Positions 42,771 to 54,700 of a stretch of DNA of 64,000 bases are shown here, piece by piece (position 1 is the stretch's first letter; the number at the start of each line of letters is the position of its first letter). Below the pieces are notes generated by a model. That model was not told the origin of the DNA. It made no database searches and worked only from the letters and a program-made list of their open reading frames with translations. This DNA is from Antedon mediterranea (taxonomy: Eukaryota; Animalia; Echinodermata). The position numbers and the translations under genes were made by a program. The stretch is from assembly GCF_964355755.1 (NCBI RefSeq), contig NC_092671.1, positions 8,618,001 to 8,682,000 of the forward strand. The letters run 5' to 3'.

Positions 42771-42917
42771 CAGTAGAACCTCTATTAAGGGGACATCTTG
42801 AAGACCTTGTCCCACAAATAGCAGTTGGCCGTTGGTGTTAAAACATATACATTTCCTCATTCGTTTCACTGTAAAGTATCCTCTTAATAGGAGTGTCTTA
42901 AATGAGGAATTCTACTG
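42771..42917. mobile_element. Tc1/mariner(pogo)-type MITE
   Basis: ta|CAGTAGAACCTC...GAGGAATTCTACTG|ta: imperfect TIRs and a TA TSD. Related copies lie at about 9817-9940, 31286-31430, 44485-44584 and 63113-63244, sharing GGGACAC/CTATT/TGGCCAAC motifs. Confidence 0.7.
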
Positions 42918-44484
42918 TATAATAAATTGTTCAGCATTTAAATATAATAAGAAATTCTAAAGTAACGACAAGGAAAACTCTTATTTACTCAGTAACTTTT
43001 GTTACTGGAATAAGTATGTAGTTGCTTTTTGGAACATTTCTTTGATAAATACTTGAATAATTTCTCAATTAATTGCACAAATGAGTGTTGTTTCCGTTAA
43101 AACTGTGATGGCCTGGTTTTGTAAGTAATATATCTTATGTTTATATTATCATTTACAAAAGAAACAATTATTTTATAGATTTATAGTATGCGCTCTAAAT
43201 CATTTAATAATTGATATTTGAAATTGTTTAGTGTTTTTTTTTTATTATCTAATATAGAAACGTTTAAGGAATACTAATGAAATATAATATGTATATACGT
43301 ATTTGGGTGTATATATATATATATATATATAATTCTTTTATGTACAATGTTCTGTAAAAATAAGAAAGGATATTTTAGGTATATTATGGGGAAATTAACG
43401 AAACCAAAGTGAATTTATATAACCCTAGTTTAGCATTGATATGAGTTTCACCAAAAAAAATTCTCTTATTGTGATTTATAACTTTGTATATGTGACGCAA
43501 ATTCGAATCCCACCAAAAAGCAGCAGTTTGTTGCTGTCATTGTAATGATGCGTATGTGTATTGACTATATGTTAAAAATGTGAATTTATTGTAGAGTGAA
43601 GTACGCAAAGGGAAGGGAACTGATTGTGTGTGGGGAAGTTGATTTGGGAGGGGACAGGTTTTACTAAAGAAACCCACTTGTTATGATTGCATGTACAAAT
43701 AATTATAGAAAGATCACAGATGCACCTCCAAATTATAAGAAAATCACAAATATTTGTTTTAATACAAAAATGATGTATAACATCAGCATTTATAATTCTT
43801 ATACTCATATAGATGATTTTAAATTAAGTTGGATCTTCTACCCAACTTTAAAGATCTTTCCTAATGAAACTTATCTTTTCATTTCACTTAATTTTTTCCA
43901 TATCAATAATGTTAAACATTTTTTTATCCAGTTTCAATCCAATCAAATTATGTTTTATTCTTTTGCCAGTTTATAGTTGCGAAGTTTTATAAATACATCT
44001 TTCCTTGTTGGTGTGGTGATTTTAAATATAAAGTAATAAAACAATCAATAATTTATTCTAACAATTTTAATATCACCATCATCATTATCTTCTTTAACAT
44101 TGTCTACCATAGTTCCATTATAATCATCTTTATCTTCATTTTATCTACATTGCCCCTGTAGACATTGTCAATATCACATCCGCACTTGTCATCGTCATTA
44201 TCATAATCATAATGTGATTACAGTACTAATTCAAACAGCATTTATTTCATTTTCAATTGAGCACCAAAAATAATAATCATTGTTCTTTATACAAGCTCAC
44301 TAATGTAACTTGTGTTTTTAAGCAAAGTTGATGTTAAAACTATTTTAACTAACTTGATCCTATCATGGAGAAATAATTCTTCTCCATGATTCTATATAAC
44401 AACTCAACGAAATTGAAGTTCATTAAGTATAGAAGAAGGGGACAGAAATCTAAGAAATATGTAATAATACAGTATCAATCAATA

Positions 44485-44584
44485 CAGTAGAACCTTATTA
44501 TTGGACACCTTTACGACCCAAAAAAGTGTCCCTTTAATAGGGGTATCTCCTAAATAGGGATTGGTCCAAAGGAGGGGTTCTACC
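44485..44584. mobile_element. Short copy of the CAGTAGAACC MITE family
   Basis: ta|CAGTAGAACC...GGACACC...GTGTCCC...GGGGTTCTAC. Confidence 0.55.
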
Positions 44585-45391
44585 CTACTATTTTGAAGAA
44601 TTAAGTTCATTGTTTTTTTATTACTAAATTCATTTGTATCTTTTATCTTTACTAAACTAACTTAAGTTGATCTTTATAAATTATCTATTGAAAAACAAAT
44701 TATATAAATCATATTTTTATAAATAAATATGCCTATGCTTTAATAATGATAATATTAATTTTTCATGCTGTTTCTTCATTTTTATAGTATATTCTTTAAG
44801 CATATTTTCATCTATTGTTTGTTATGTTAATTCAGTGTTATTGTATTGCACACATTTTTTTTTATGTGTATTCATGTGACATTACTGTGTTACCATAATG
44901 TAAAATTTGACCAAAATGTCTTTTTTACGCAATTATCCAAATACTTAAATTTATTTCTGAATTTTTAGTTTATACAAGTTTATTTTGCTGCAGTAAATCA
45001 GTTCTTCATTTATATTTAAGCTATATATCAACAGGATTGCTTAAAAACAGGATTGCTTAAAAACTGAAGCAGTGAACTAAGTTGTATATCCCTATTGTAG
45101 ATTGGTAGTTGGGACCAACTTACATTTTTTTACATACACCAGCGTAACAATTTTTCTGGTACAATGTAATATGTCGACATAAAGACCAACTTTTACAAAT
45201 CGAAAACCTTGACAATAATATTCGTGTTTTCGTGGGCTTTCGTTCGTTATTGTTTGCGTAATGTCCAAATATCTTTTGGTAAGCCTGGTAATGCTCTGGC
45301 AGTAAAAAGTATACTCGTTCACCATTGTTGTATTCGAATGCACTAAACAGTTGTTTTACACAAAAATACGTTGTACAGTCTAGTACTGGCA

Positions 45392-45613
45392 TTTGAACGC
45401 GTGCGTACACACGCTGTACAATTTCATCAACGTTTGAACGCCTGCGTACAAACGCTGTACAATTTCATCAACGTTTAAACGCGCGCGTATAAACGCTGTA
45501 CCCTTTCATCAACGTTTGAACGCGCGCGTATAAACGCTGTACCTTTTCATCAACGTTTGAACGCCTGCGTACCGGATCTGTATCTTTTCATCAACGTTTG
45601 AATGCCCGCGTGC
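45392..45613. repeat. 41-bp CpG-rich minisatellite, 5 units plus a partial unit
   Basis: The unit TTTGAACGCGTGCGTACACACGCTGTACAATTTCATCAACG starts at 45392, 45433, 45474, 45515, 45556 and 45597. Confidence 0.95.
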
Positions 45614-46300
45614 ATTTCTTTATCATTTCACTAGCGATACTACTACAATGTTGACAAATTATAGTATGTTCGTTATTATATTTAAACACATTATTAGACA
45701 AAAATGTTCTATTTATCGGCCGCACAGCCCTTTATTGTCAATGAAATGAATGAAATATGTACTTTATTTTTATTTCTTACAAATTGTATATGATTTATTA
45801 AAAATAAATGTTATTTTCGCTGTTGAATATTAATTATTGTACATAAATGAAAAGGAAATATTTTTTGTGATTTTTTGCATACGTTTGCGATGAAATCAAG
45901 TATAATAAATTTTGACCTATTTTATAGGAAAACTTTACCTTATGTGGTGTAAATTTAATGTACATTGTGTTATGTAAGTTATAAAGAATTTATCATCAAA
46001 TGATTCGAGCATCAACCACACAACCAAGAAAAGTTATAATGAATGTTTCATCCATAGAACCAAGAAACCGTGACACTGAGAGCTCTATGTACCACCTGGC
46101 TTCGTTGAATCAGCATTCCCCATAGTAAATTGGTATATAAAACATCGGTATCTTAATTGTGATTCTAAATTTTTTTTTTTTTTTATTAAAAAATAAACTA
46201 TTCAACATTACGTAATAAATCCTTTGTAGGTTTACACAGTTTTTTTAACAACTAGGTATGTTTTTATTTTATTTCTTTCAGCTAAACAATACATATTAAT

Positions 46301-46966
46301 AACTAGAAAGCCACTCCGAGAGTGCATACCTCCGCCTACTGTAAAATTCTCCTACATAAGATTTCTCCGGTAAAAAAAAAATATATATATTTGTGTGTGT
46401 GTCTTAATGCTGTTTGTGATTTAGGCTAATTTCACTACAAGCATGTGTATGCGAGTTTGGTGTAATGGTTATGTAACAAGCCTTTCAATTAACAATAGCT
46501 TCAGTTGACTAACAATAGAACAGCAACGCGAAAATCAAACGAGTGAATTTGAAAAGAAAATAGGTTTTTTAAACTACTGGCATCAAAAAACGTGAACATT
46601 AAATCAAATTATGTTTTAAAATTACAAATCCTAAATTATAACTCTTGCCTCTTGTACAAAAATGAAGTTTTTTGGACAATTAGTTCTCGAGAAAATGCAA
46701 TTTCAGTATACTTGTTACTTTAAGACTGCTTGCCGGCTTTTGAAAAATTCTGTCCTATCTTTTAACACTAGCAGGTCTGAAAAGTATACTAAAAAGTGGT
46801 CCAGAATTGGGACAATGGTCCCAAAATTTAATGGAATGGTCCTTGACCACATATCTATCTGTATATTCATTTTGGTAAAGATCTTGTAATTACTTTTTGA
46901 GTAATCCTGCTAACAAACAAACAAACACACGCTACCGATTACATATACCTCCTTGGCGGAGGTAAA
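46301..46966 (-). mobile_element. Non-autonomous Helentron-associated element (HINE/DINE-1-like)
   Basis: Subterminal inverted repeats TACCTCCGCC (46327-46336) / GGCGGAGGTA (46955-46964). A terminal hairpin TACCTCC-ttggc-GGAGGTA sits next to an (ACAA)n microsatellite. The other end has the palindrome CACTCCGAGAGTG plus ACTAG. Confidence 0.75.
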
Positions 46967-47271
46967 TAAACTAGAGCGCCGACAAGAGTCAAGATGTTCC
47001 AACTTTATTAACCTCAGTACATAACAACACAACAGGTGACATGGTAAAATAAAAGCTATTGCACAAGAATTAATTTATGTCCGTTAACTATCAATCAGAA
47101 GATGACGTAAGGTCCATTTCTGCAATTGAATTAGAAAAACAAAACGTTAGTTAAACTTTTATTATAAGCATGTTAAAATAAGAGAGATATTTTACCGGCT
47201 CGTTTCAAGATTTTGTTGGGACATTATTCATTGCACTGTAGTGTTATGTTAATTATTCCGTAAGAGCATTG

Positions 47272-48006
47272 TTATAATGGTGATAACATACCTGCGTTAA
47301 ACAGCACCTGTTCTGCATCTTCTAATACTAGATTATTCTTTGCTTCTGCTTTTGGCAAAGGTTGCTTAATATCTGTCCTCTTTCTGTTGATATTAGGGTC
47401 TAAAATGTTCTCATATCTTTTTTTGTTTCTCTCACGAAGTTTTTCTCTCGCAATCGGATTGAAATAGAGTTTCTGGTTGGCACTTCTTGCGCCCTCGTCC
47501 GATGGGAAAGTTGGAAGGACATCCGGGAGCCCGCTACTACTTTGATTATAACGATATTTCTCAACACTTTTCCAACTTACAAACTGTTTCTGAAATCTTA
47601 CTGTCTGCTCGTCGTCAAATCTCTGGCGGATTTTTCTTAAATTTACCACTTGACGTTTCCAATTGTGTTGACGTGATTCTTCCTTCTGAAGAGCTTGCTC
47701 GTGTTCTGTTTTTGCCTCGGTAATCTGAATATCTTCTAGTTTGCTTAGAAGTCGTTCATGTCGCTTTATTTTTGCACTTTCGTTCATATAAACGGACACT
47801 AATGTCTTCACTTTCTTATGGTGTGCTTTCCGAAATTGTTTTTCTTGTTGAACAGGTATTTTTCTTTTGGTCACATGATCGTACTTTTGTCTAGTATTTT
47901 CTGAAACGTTCAACTTCTTTTCATGGTCGTCGTCAATAGGCTGTCTATTATCTGATGTAAGCTTTATGCTTTCTTCAAGAGTGTGTACTCTGGATAAATA
48001 AAGCAT
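47272..48006 (-). CDS. Uncharacterised 244-aa K/E/R/Q-rich, probably coiled-coil protein (single coding exon)
   Basis: 735-bp uninterrupted ORF in DNA where chance ORFs are mostly <120 aa, with hydrophilic protein-like composition. An acceptor tttctcag| lies 7 nt before the ATG, and a minus-strand AATAAA lies at 47158-47163, about 110 nt after the stop. No domain recognised. Confidence 0.7.
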   Translation of the reverse strand: MLYLSRVHTLEESIKLTSDNRQPIDDDHEKKLNVSENTRQKYDHVTKRKIPVQQEKQFRKAHHKKVKTLVSVYMNESAKIKRHERLLSKLEDIQITEAKTEHEQALQKEESRQHNWKRQVVNLRKIRQRFDDEQTVRFQKQFVSWKSVEKYRYNQSSSGLPDVLPTFPSDEGARSANQKLYFNPIAREKLRERNKKRYENILDPNINRKRTDIKQPLPKAEAKNNLVLEDAEQVLFNAGMLSPL

Positions 48007-48615
48007 AATAATACTGAGAAACTCTTAAAACCTAATGTAAACACGTGTTGTAATAACTCTTCAATTATGAAACCCATGTGAAAGTTTGTGACAAAAGATT
48101 TTATAATGGCCTTTTGAGAAAATACAAACACTTCCATTTTGATGAATGCCCATCGTAGTTGTTTTGCAACCTACCAACGGCTACTGTAAAGTTTACGTTG
48201 ATGATTTTTGTAAACGAAATGAATCGGCTCGATCAGGCCTACATATTTAACCAATAATAAACCGATAGAAATATATGTATAACTAATAGTAATAAAATTC
48301 AAGTGAGCCTGTCACTGCATTTGAAGCATGTAGTTATGTAGTGTACACGTTTTATATAAAGCTACTTTCAAGGTAATTCTATTAATATTATAATATATTT
48401 TACTGATACCAATGTTTTTTTTTCTTTTAGTACTCTCCTCCATTTTTGTTGGCAGGGTTAAATTAATCGTTGCATAAAGAATATTATATTAATGTACCTT
48501 TCCGTATTTTTTGATGGTGTTACCGTCCTGTTTCGTATTCGTAACTCTGCCTGCCTTGTCGCCCATCTGCTACTTTGGTTGGAACTCCACCCATCATTTA
48601 CACCAGACTTCTTAC

Positions 48616-49800
48616 CTTTTGTAAGAGCAAATGTATGTTTAAGGCCTAGTTCACACTAGCGGACTCGATCGATAGATATCCGTAATTAGCCTAACCACCA
48701 ACCGATCACAGTCGGTGTGAGTCAAGATGTGACGTCAAATTGTCAGTGTTAAGGGATTGCTGTTAGAAAGCCAATTGTGTTTCGTTCCATATATTAACCA
48801 TTCGTCCACTTAATTAATTACAATATTAGACGTGAGAAATAGGACCAAGCAATTCAAGAATAGAAAGTAGGCTAACTACCAACTGAGCAAGATTATATTA
48901 CTAGTAGTTATAAATATGGCTCTTTGACCACTGACAGAAGGGTCCTTTCCATGTCAACAGACACTAGTATATCGGTCTATGATTTATCTTGCATCGACCG
49001 CAATCGATAAATACATTACAAACATTTACAATAGAATACCACGGTGAAATAACGGTAAACATTCGGATTATTCAAGGCACGTATGGCTATTTAAACAACA
49101 TTTAATTTAAGGTTTATTAAGTAATATTTCATTCTGTATATATAGCCTAGATGGCCTAGTAACAGACTGTTATGAAAACACGGACGATTGAAAGATGTAT
49201 AACAACTTAGCATTTTTTGTTGCTATGCGGCTGAACTTAAGTTATATTTGAGATTGTGTTGGGTGTGTTCCGATTATTTTGTTTTAGAAAAAAGGAAACA
49301 TTAAGACATATAAGTAAATGTAATCAACCGCTAAAGTGCTTTTCTATTGTCTATGTGTGTTGATATTTTTATCTAGGCCTACTATTATCTATTTCTATTA
49401 TCGATATCTGATAGCTTACCTGCTATAGAGAACCAAGTATGTATTGGTCGTAGATGACCATTTCCAATAACTTTAGAGGGTTTTGACCCTTCTGCAGAAC
49501 GTTGATGCCTCTGTGTACCACCATTAGATGTCACCATGCAGGGCCTAATATGACATATACGTTGTGGACAACTACTAACACGGGTTACCTCTGAGAACCG
49601 CTCAGTAGACATTTGTTGTATTGTCGGGTGATGTCGTCTGCTAACTATTGTATCATTCACTAGACACACGGTGATATAGGCCGGTGAAACGGTAATATAG
49701 GCCAATTAATTAAGTCTCTGAATTACTGGCAATATTAAACTAAAACCTCTCTCAAGTTGTCCGTCGCAACCAATTGTGTACACTGTATATTCTGAGAACA
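48616..49800 (-). promoter_or_regulatory. Putative 5' non-coding exon/promoter region of the 244-aa gene
   Basis: Strong minus-strand donor AAAAG|GTAAGA at 48616/48615, locally raised CpG content, and a palindromic CRE TGACGTCA at 48730-48737. Confidence 0.35.
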
Positions 49801-50390
49801 ATACGACCCACGAGACGGACGCAGTTATATTAAATCAGTGTTATTTATTTAGTCAATACATACTACGGAGATTGGGTTGTTGTATTTGAAAGTAAACATT
49901 ACACGTTAATGGCACAGTAAAGACGGCTCAGCTTATTTTATTCATCTACATCCGACGCAGTACTAGTAATTGAAAACGTTTAACTTGTTTGTCTGTAAAG
50001 TTTCATATATCTTACAAAACTGCCTAAAAATTACATCTTATAACCAAACATTTTTGTCATTTTCGTCTGTTGGACATTTTTCTTTAAAAAAAAATTCCTT
50101 AAATCAGGGATGTCTTAAAAAATGACCAAAATATCGAACATTATGACATTATTATTGAATATTCTCCCTCTTAAATTAATACTTAAAGGTAAAGTAATTC
50201 ATTGGCGCTGTGGTTTGATTTAACTAAGGATAATCTAACTTCAGCTCAAAGAAATCACCTTATATATCGGAATTCTGAATAATAACTGTAAGATCAAGTA
50301 AGTAAAAGCGTTTCTGAAAGAGAAAAGAGTACGTTAGTTGAAAAAGGTCAGTTCTTTTGATCTGGTAAACATCCGAAACCAAATAGAAAA

Positions 50391-51710
50391 ATGTCTAAGC
50401 CAGCTGAAAATAGTAGGCCTACCATCATGGCGAATGAGTACCATAACAACGGGACTAACAAAGCCAAACACCTACATAACTACCAAGCTAGCAAAAATAC
50501 ACCCGGTGACGTAATCGAAATCGATACTCACACTGAAAGCGATCACAAAGAAGATGACGTAATAGCTTCTAAACAAAAGGACCAAATCTTCTCAAGCGTG
50601 AAACCTATTTTCTTCAAGGATAGCGATGCACGCGAAAGAAATGAGGACTTTTTGAGCGAAGAAAAAATATATTTCGCTTTATGTGAAATAATAAATGGAG
50701 ATAATTTAATAGGAATACAGAAAGTGAAGAACTTGTGGAGAATTTATATCAACAACCGTTCCGACAGAGTAAAGATCCTCTCAACAGGACTCAACCTGAA
50801 TGATAGAAATGTGTTGGTTCACGATATAAATCCGTATCTACCGGTGAACAACGGCGTTCGTGTACTTGTGAAAGACGTGCCAATATCCGTGCACAACGAC
50901 GAGATCAGAAATAGTCTACAGCAGTTGGGATGTAAAATAATAGGAACAATTCAGTATGTAAAATTTCGTATCAACGGAAAATTATCTCGCTTCATTAATG
51001 GCGACAGATCTGTGATAGTTGAGCATTTCAAAGGAAGCCTACCGCGCTTCACTAAAATCAATGGTTTTGGTGCTAGATTATTTCACAAAGAACAGTTAGG
51101 CGTTGGTGAGAACAGATGTTTCCAGTGTAAGGAAGTTGGACACAAAGTTAACACTTGTCCTAATGCCAAGCCCTACACTTGTCATAGATGCGGAAAAGAA
51201 GGTCATATTGCTAGATACTGCAAAGAAGTGGAAATTCCCGACAAACAACCGCACATAGCAAAAGACATACATTCTGACGTAAGTAACGATGAAAGTGAAG
51301 ACGAAACAAATGCGATTTTTCGACCAACATCTGGGGAGAAATTCATCCAAAAAATGTGGAAAAATCTAGTCGAAGACAAAGATAAAGATCTAGGATGGAG
51401 TATTGGATGTAGTGATGGAAGCGACAATGAAACCATCGTCAGCGCCAATGACGATAACGCTCATGCCGCAAGAAGAAAAGATCTAGAGGACACAGCCGAA
51501 AACAACATTAGCTATACAAAAGAACATGTAAACCTACAGACAAGCATCAAGTCTTTTATTAAATCGACACCAAAGATCCAGGAAGAAAGCCATATCTCAA
51601 CCGAAGACAATGAAAACACTAATGAAAACACGAACATAGATGCCGGCTCATCTAGTTCTATCCAGAAACAGAAAAAAAAAAGGAAGCGCATGAGAAGCAA
51701 ATCAACATAG
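50391..51710 (+). CDS. Tx1-type ORF1 (gag-like nucleic-acid-binding protein)
   Basis: 439 aa with two CCHC knuckles (CFQCKEVGHKVNTC, CHRCGKEGHIARYC), a Tx1-type GIQKVKNLWRIY...NGDR region, an acidic linker and a basic C-terminus KQKKKRKRMRSK. Confidence 0.92.
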   Translation: MSKPAENSRPTIMANEYHNNGTNKAKHLHNYQASKNTPGDVIEIDTHTESDHKEDDVIASKQKDQIFSSVKPIFFKDSDARERNEDFLSEEKIYFALCEIINGDNLIGIQKVKNLWRIYINNRSDRVKILSTGLNLNDRNVLVHDINPYLPVNNGVRVLVKDVPISVHNDEIRNSLQQLGCKIIGTIQYVKFRINGKLSRFINGDRSVIVEHFKGSLPRFTKINGFGARLFHKEQLGVGENRCFQCKEVGHKVNTCPNAKPYTCHRCGKEGHIARYCKEVEIPDKQPHIAKDIHSDVSNDESEDETNAIFRPTSGEKFIQKMWKNLVEDKDKDLGWSIGCSDGSDNETIVSANDDNAHAARRKDLEDTAENNISYTKEHVNLQTSIKSFIKSTPKIQEESHISTEDNENTNENTNIDAGSSSSIQKQKKKRKRMRSKST

Positions 51711-51798
51711 GGTCAGAATTATCCTTTATCATTATTATTATTAATTTATATACCTGTTATTTTTCTGTTTGCATTGAATTGATTCACTATATCTAATT

Positions 51799-54700
51799 AT
51801 GGCTAAACAACAAAATGCAATCTTACATTGTGTATCCTTGAATGTAAGAGGACTGCGAGTCAAACAAAAACAAAGAAAAATTTTTAATTGGGCTAAAGAC
51901 AACAAAATTGATATTTTTCTCATCCAAGAATCTCATCTGACAAACATCTTTGTCTCCAACGAGAATTTTCTTTGGGATGGAGATGCGTATCATAGTTTTG
52001 GTAGCTCTTTTAGCAAAGGTGTCTCAATATTGATTAAGAAAGACCTTCAATACAAACTTATAAAACAACAAATTGACATTAATGGAAGATATATTCTGTT
52101 AAAAATTGATATCAATGGTACCCAATACACGTTTGTAAATATATACTCGCCAAATGATTCAAAAGTAAGAGGTTCTTTCTTTAATAATATTGAGAAGCAA
52201 ATTCAAACATTTTCGATCACTGATGAATATATCATTATCGGCGGAGATATGAATTGTATTCAGGATAGGCTACTCGATCAAAAAGGTAGCAAAATGAAAA
52301 CTGATAAATCTGTCTTAAAAATTAAACATCTTATAAATAAACTGAAACTAGTAGATAGTTGGAGACTTCTAAACAAATTAAAATCACAATTTACTTGGTG
52401 TAGGAAATCGGCCAACCTTTTTAAACGTCTAGATTACTGGTTTGTATCAAAAAGTTTGCATGATACAGGAAACATTGTCTCATGCGATATTAGACCAGCG
52501 ATTTCTACTGATCACCAAGGAGTTTCCATTAAGATAAATATATTTCAAGACTCTCGTGGTCCAGGATTATGGAAATTAAATTCCGATTACTTACAGGACG
52601 AACAATTTCTCAACAAAATTAATCAGATAATAGATAGCTGTTCACAGCAGTTCTATTTTCTTAATAACATAGAAATCTGGGAACTAATTAAAATAAAAAT
52701 CAAAGAATTTTCAATCAACTTTGGCAAACTAAAATCGAAAAATAGAAATAGAAATAAAGAAAACTTACAAAAAGAAATTCAACAACTAAACGCTAAACTA
52801 ATGAACAACGATAGAGATGAATATGTGAATGCAGAAATTGAAATTAAATCTAAAGAATTAGAGGATATATATGACTATGAGGCAAAAGGGGCTCAAATTC
52901 GTTCAAGAGCGAAATGGGTAGAAGAAGGAGAAAAGAACTCCAAATACTTCCTTGGTCTGGAAAAAAATAACTGGAAAAGAAAACAAATAAAAAGATTAAA
53001 AAAATCTGACGGAACATGCGCCAAAAAAACTAAAGATATCTTGATTGAAGAAGTCAAACACTTTGAAAAGTTGTATGCAAAAGAGGACATACAAGCAAAT
53101 GATATTCAAAATTATTTAAATTTAATAGACGTTCCAAAGTTAACACATCTTGAAAAGGGGTTATGTGAAGGAGAATTAACCTCCGTAGAATGCGAAGAAG
53201 CGATACGGAGTATGAAATTAAATAAAGCGCCAGGGACCGATGGTCTCACGGTAGCATTCTATCAGACATTATGGCCCAAGATTGGCGTATTAGTCTGCAA
53301 TGCTCTCAATCTATGTTTAAAAAATGGAGCACTATCAAATACGCAAAAAAGGGGAGTAATAAACTTAATATTTAAAAAAGGGGATCTCGAAGACCTAAAC
53401 AATTGGAGACCCATAACTCTCTTAAACACTGACTATAAAATTGCCGCCTTTGTTTTAACAAAAAGGCTACAAAATGTTATTAAAACAATTGTGAGTAATG
53501 ATCAAAAAGGGTACATTAGAGGCCGTTTTGGTGGTGAAAACATCAGATTGATCGAAGATGTAATTGAATATATGGATACTAGCAAGTTATCAGGGGCATT
53601 ATTAAGTTTAGACTTTAGAAAAGCTTTTGACACAGTAGACAGAACTTTTCTTGTTAACACTTTGTACCATTTCAATTTTGGACCGTCTTTTATTGCATGG
53701 GTCAGAGTTCTATATGCTGAAACAGAATGTATTATTTTAAACAATGGATGGTGCTCAAAAAGCTTTAAAATGTTTAGAGGTATAAGACAAGGTTGTCCTT
53801 TATCCGCACTTCTGTTCATCTTGGTCGCTGAAATTATGGCGTTAAAGATAAAACAGGATAAACTTATTAAAGGTATACTTTTACCAAACCCAGTTGTCGA
53901 GGTCAAAATTGCACAACTTGCAGACGACACGGTCTTATTTATGAAAGATGAGAACAGCATAAAAAAGTGTATTGATGTTGTCATCAAATTTGGTAATTTG
54001 TCTGGGTTAAGACTTAACAAAGAAAAAACAAATGCCATGTGGCTTGGAAAATGGAAGAAAAAGGACAACATATTGGACATTAATTGGATTTCTGACGGTT
54101 TTAAAGTTTTAGGTGTTTATATTGGCCATGATAAAGAATTTTGTTTTGCCAAAAATTGGTCCGAAAAAATCTATTCGTTACAAAACACACTTAGATCGTG
54201 GCGAAAAAGAAATCTGACCATTTTTGGAAAAATAATTATCTTAAAGACGCTGGGCCTGTCAAAACTTGTTTATGTTGCAAGTATTATAGACACGCCTGAA
54301 AGTGTTCTAAAACGTGTTGATAACATAATTTTTGACTTTTTGTGGGATGGAAAAAGAGAAAAGGTTAAAAGAGTAGTTCTTATAAACGAATATGAAAGTG
54401 GTGGTGTTAAAGCGCCTGATTTCAGGTCACAGGTTAAATCTTTAAAAATATCTTGGCTTAAAAGATTGTATAACAATGAGGATTCAAAGTGGAAATGTCT
54501 GCCAAACACATATTTTAATAGAATAGGCCCAAAAGACATTATTGATAACATATCATATATTGATAAGAAAAATGCTATTTTTAAAGCCATACCCGATTTC
54601 TATAAATCTATACTATGTATTTTAGTCAAACTTAATAGTGGTATGACTAAACGTCAATTATGTTATGATGATATATTGCATCAACAACTCTGGTATAACA

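Noticed and set aside
43495-43520. TTCGAATCCCACCA, a tRNA T-arm/3' end-like motif
   Set aside because: There is no upstream A box, D arm or acceptor pairing.
48640-48665. TAA|GGCCTAGTTCACACTAG, a PIF/Harbinger-like terminus
   Set aside because: I found no matching opposite TIR, so no element can be delimited.
49385-49705. 106-aa minus-strand ORF
   Set aside because: It starts at a non-ATG codon in a short duplicated motif and has no recognisable domain or splice support; it probably reflects local GC richness.
51711-51798. Possible ORF1-ORF2 readthrough or N-terminal extension of ORF2
   Set aside because: There is an in-frame TGA at 51775-51777 upstream of the ORF2 ATG; this is an ordinary inter-ORF spacer.
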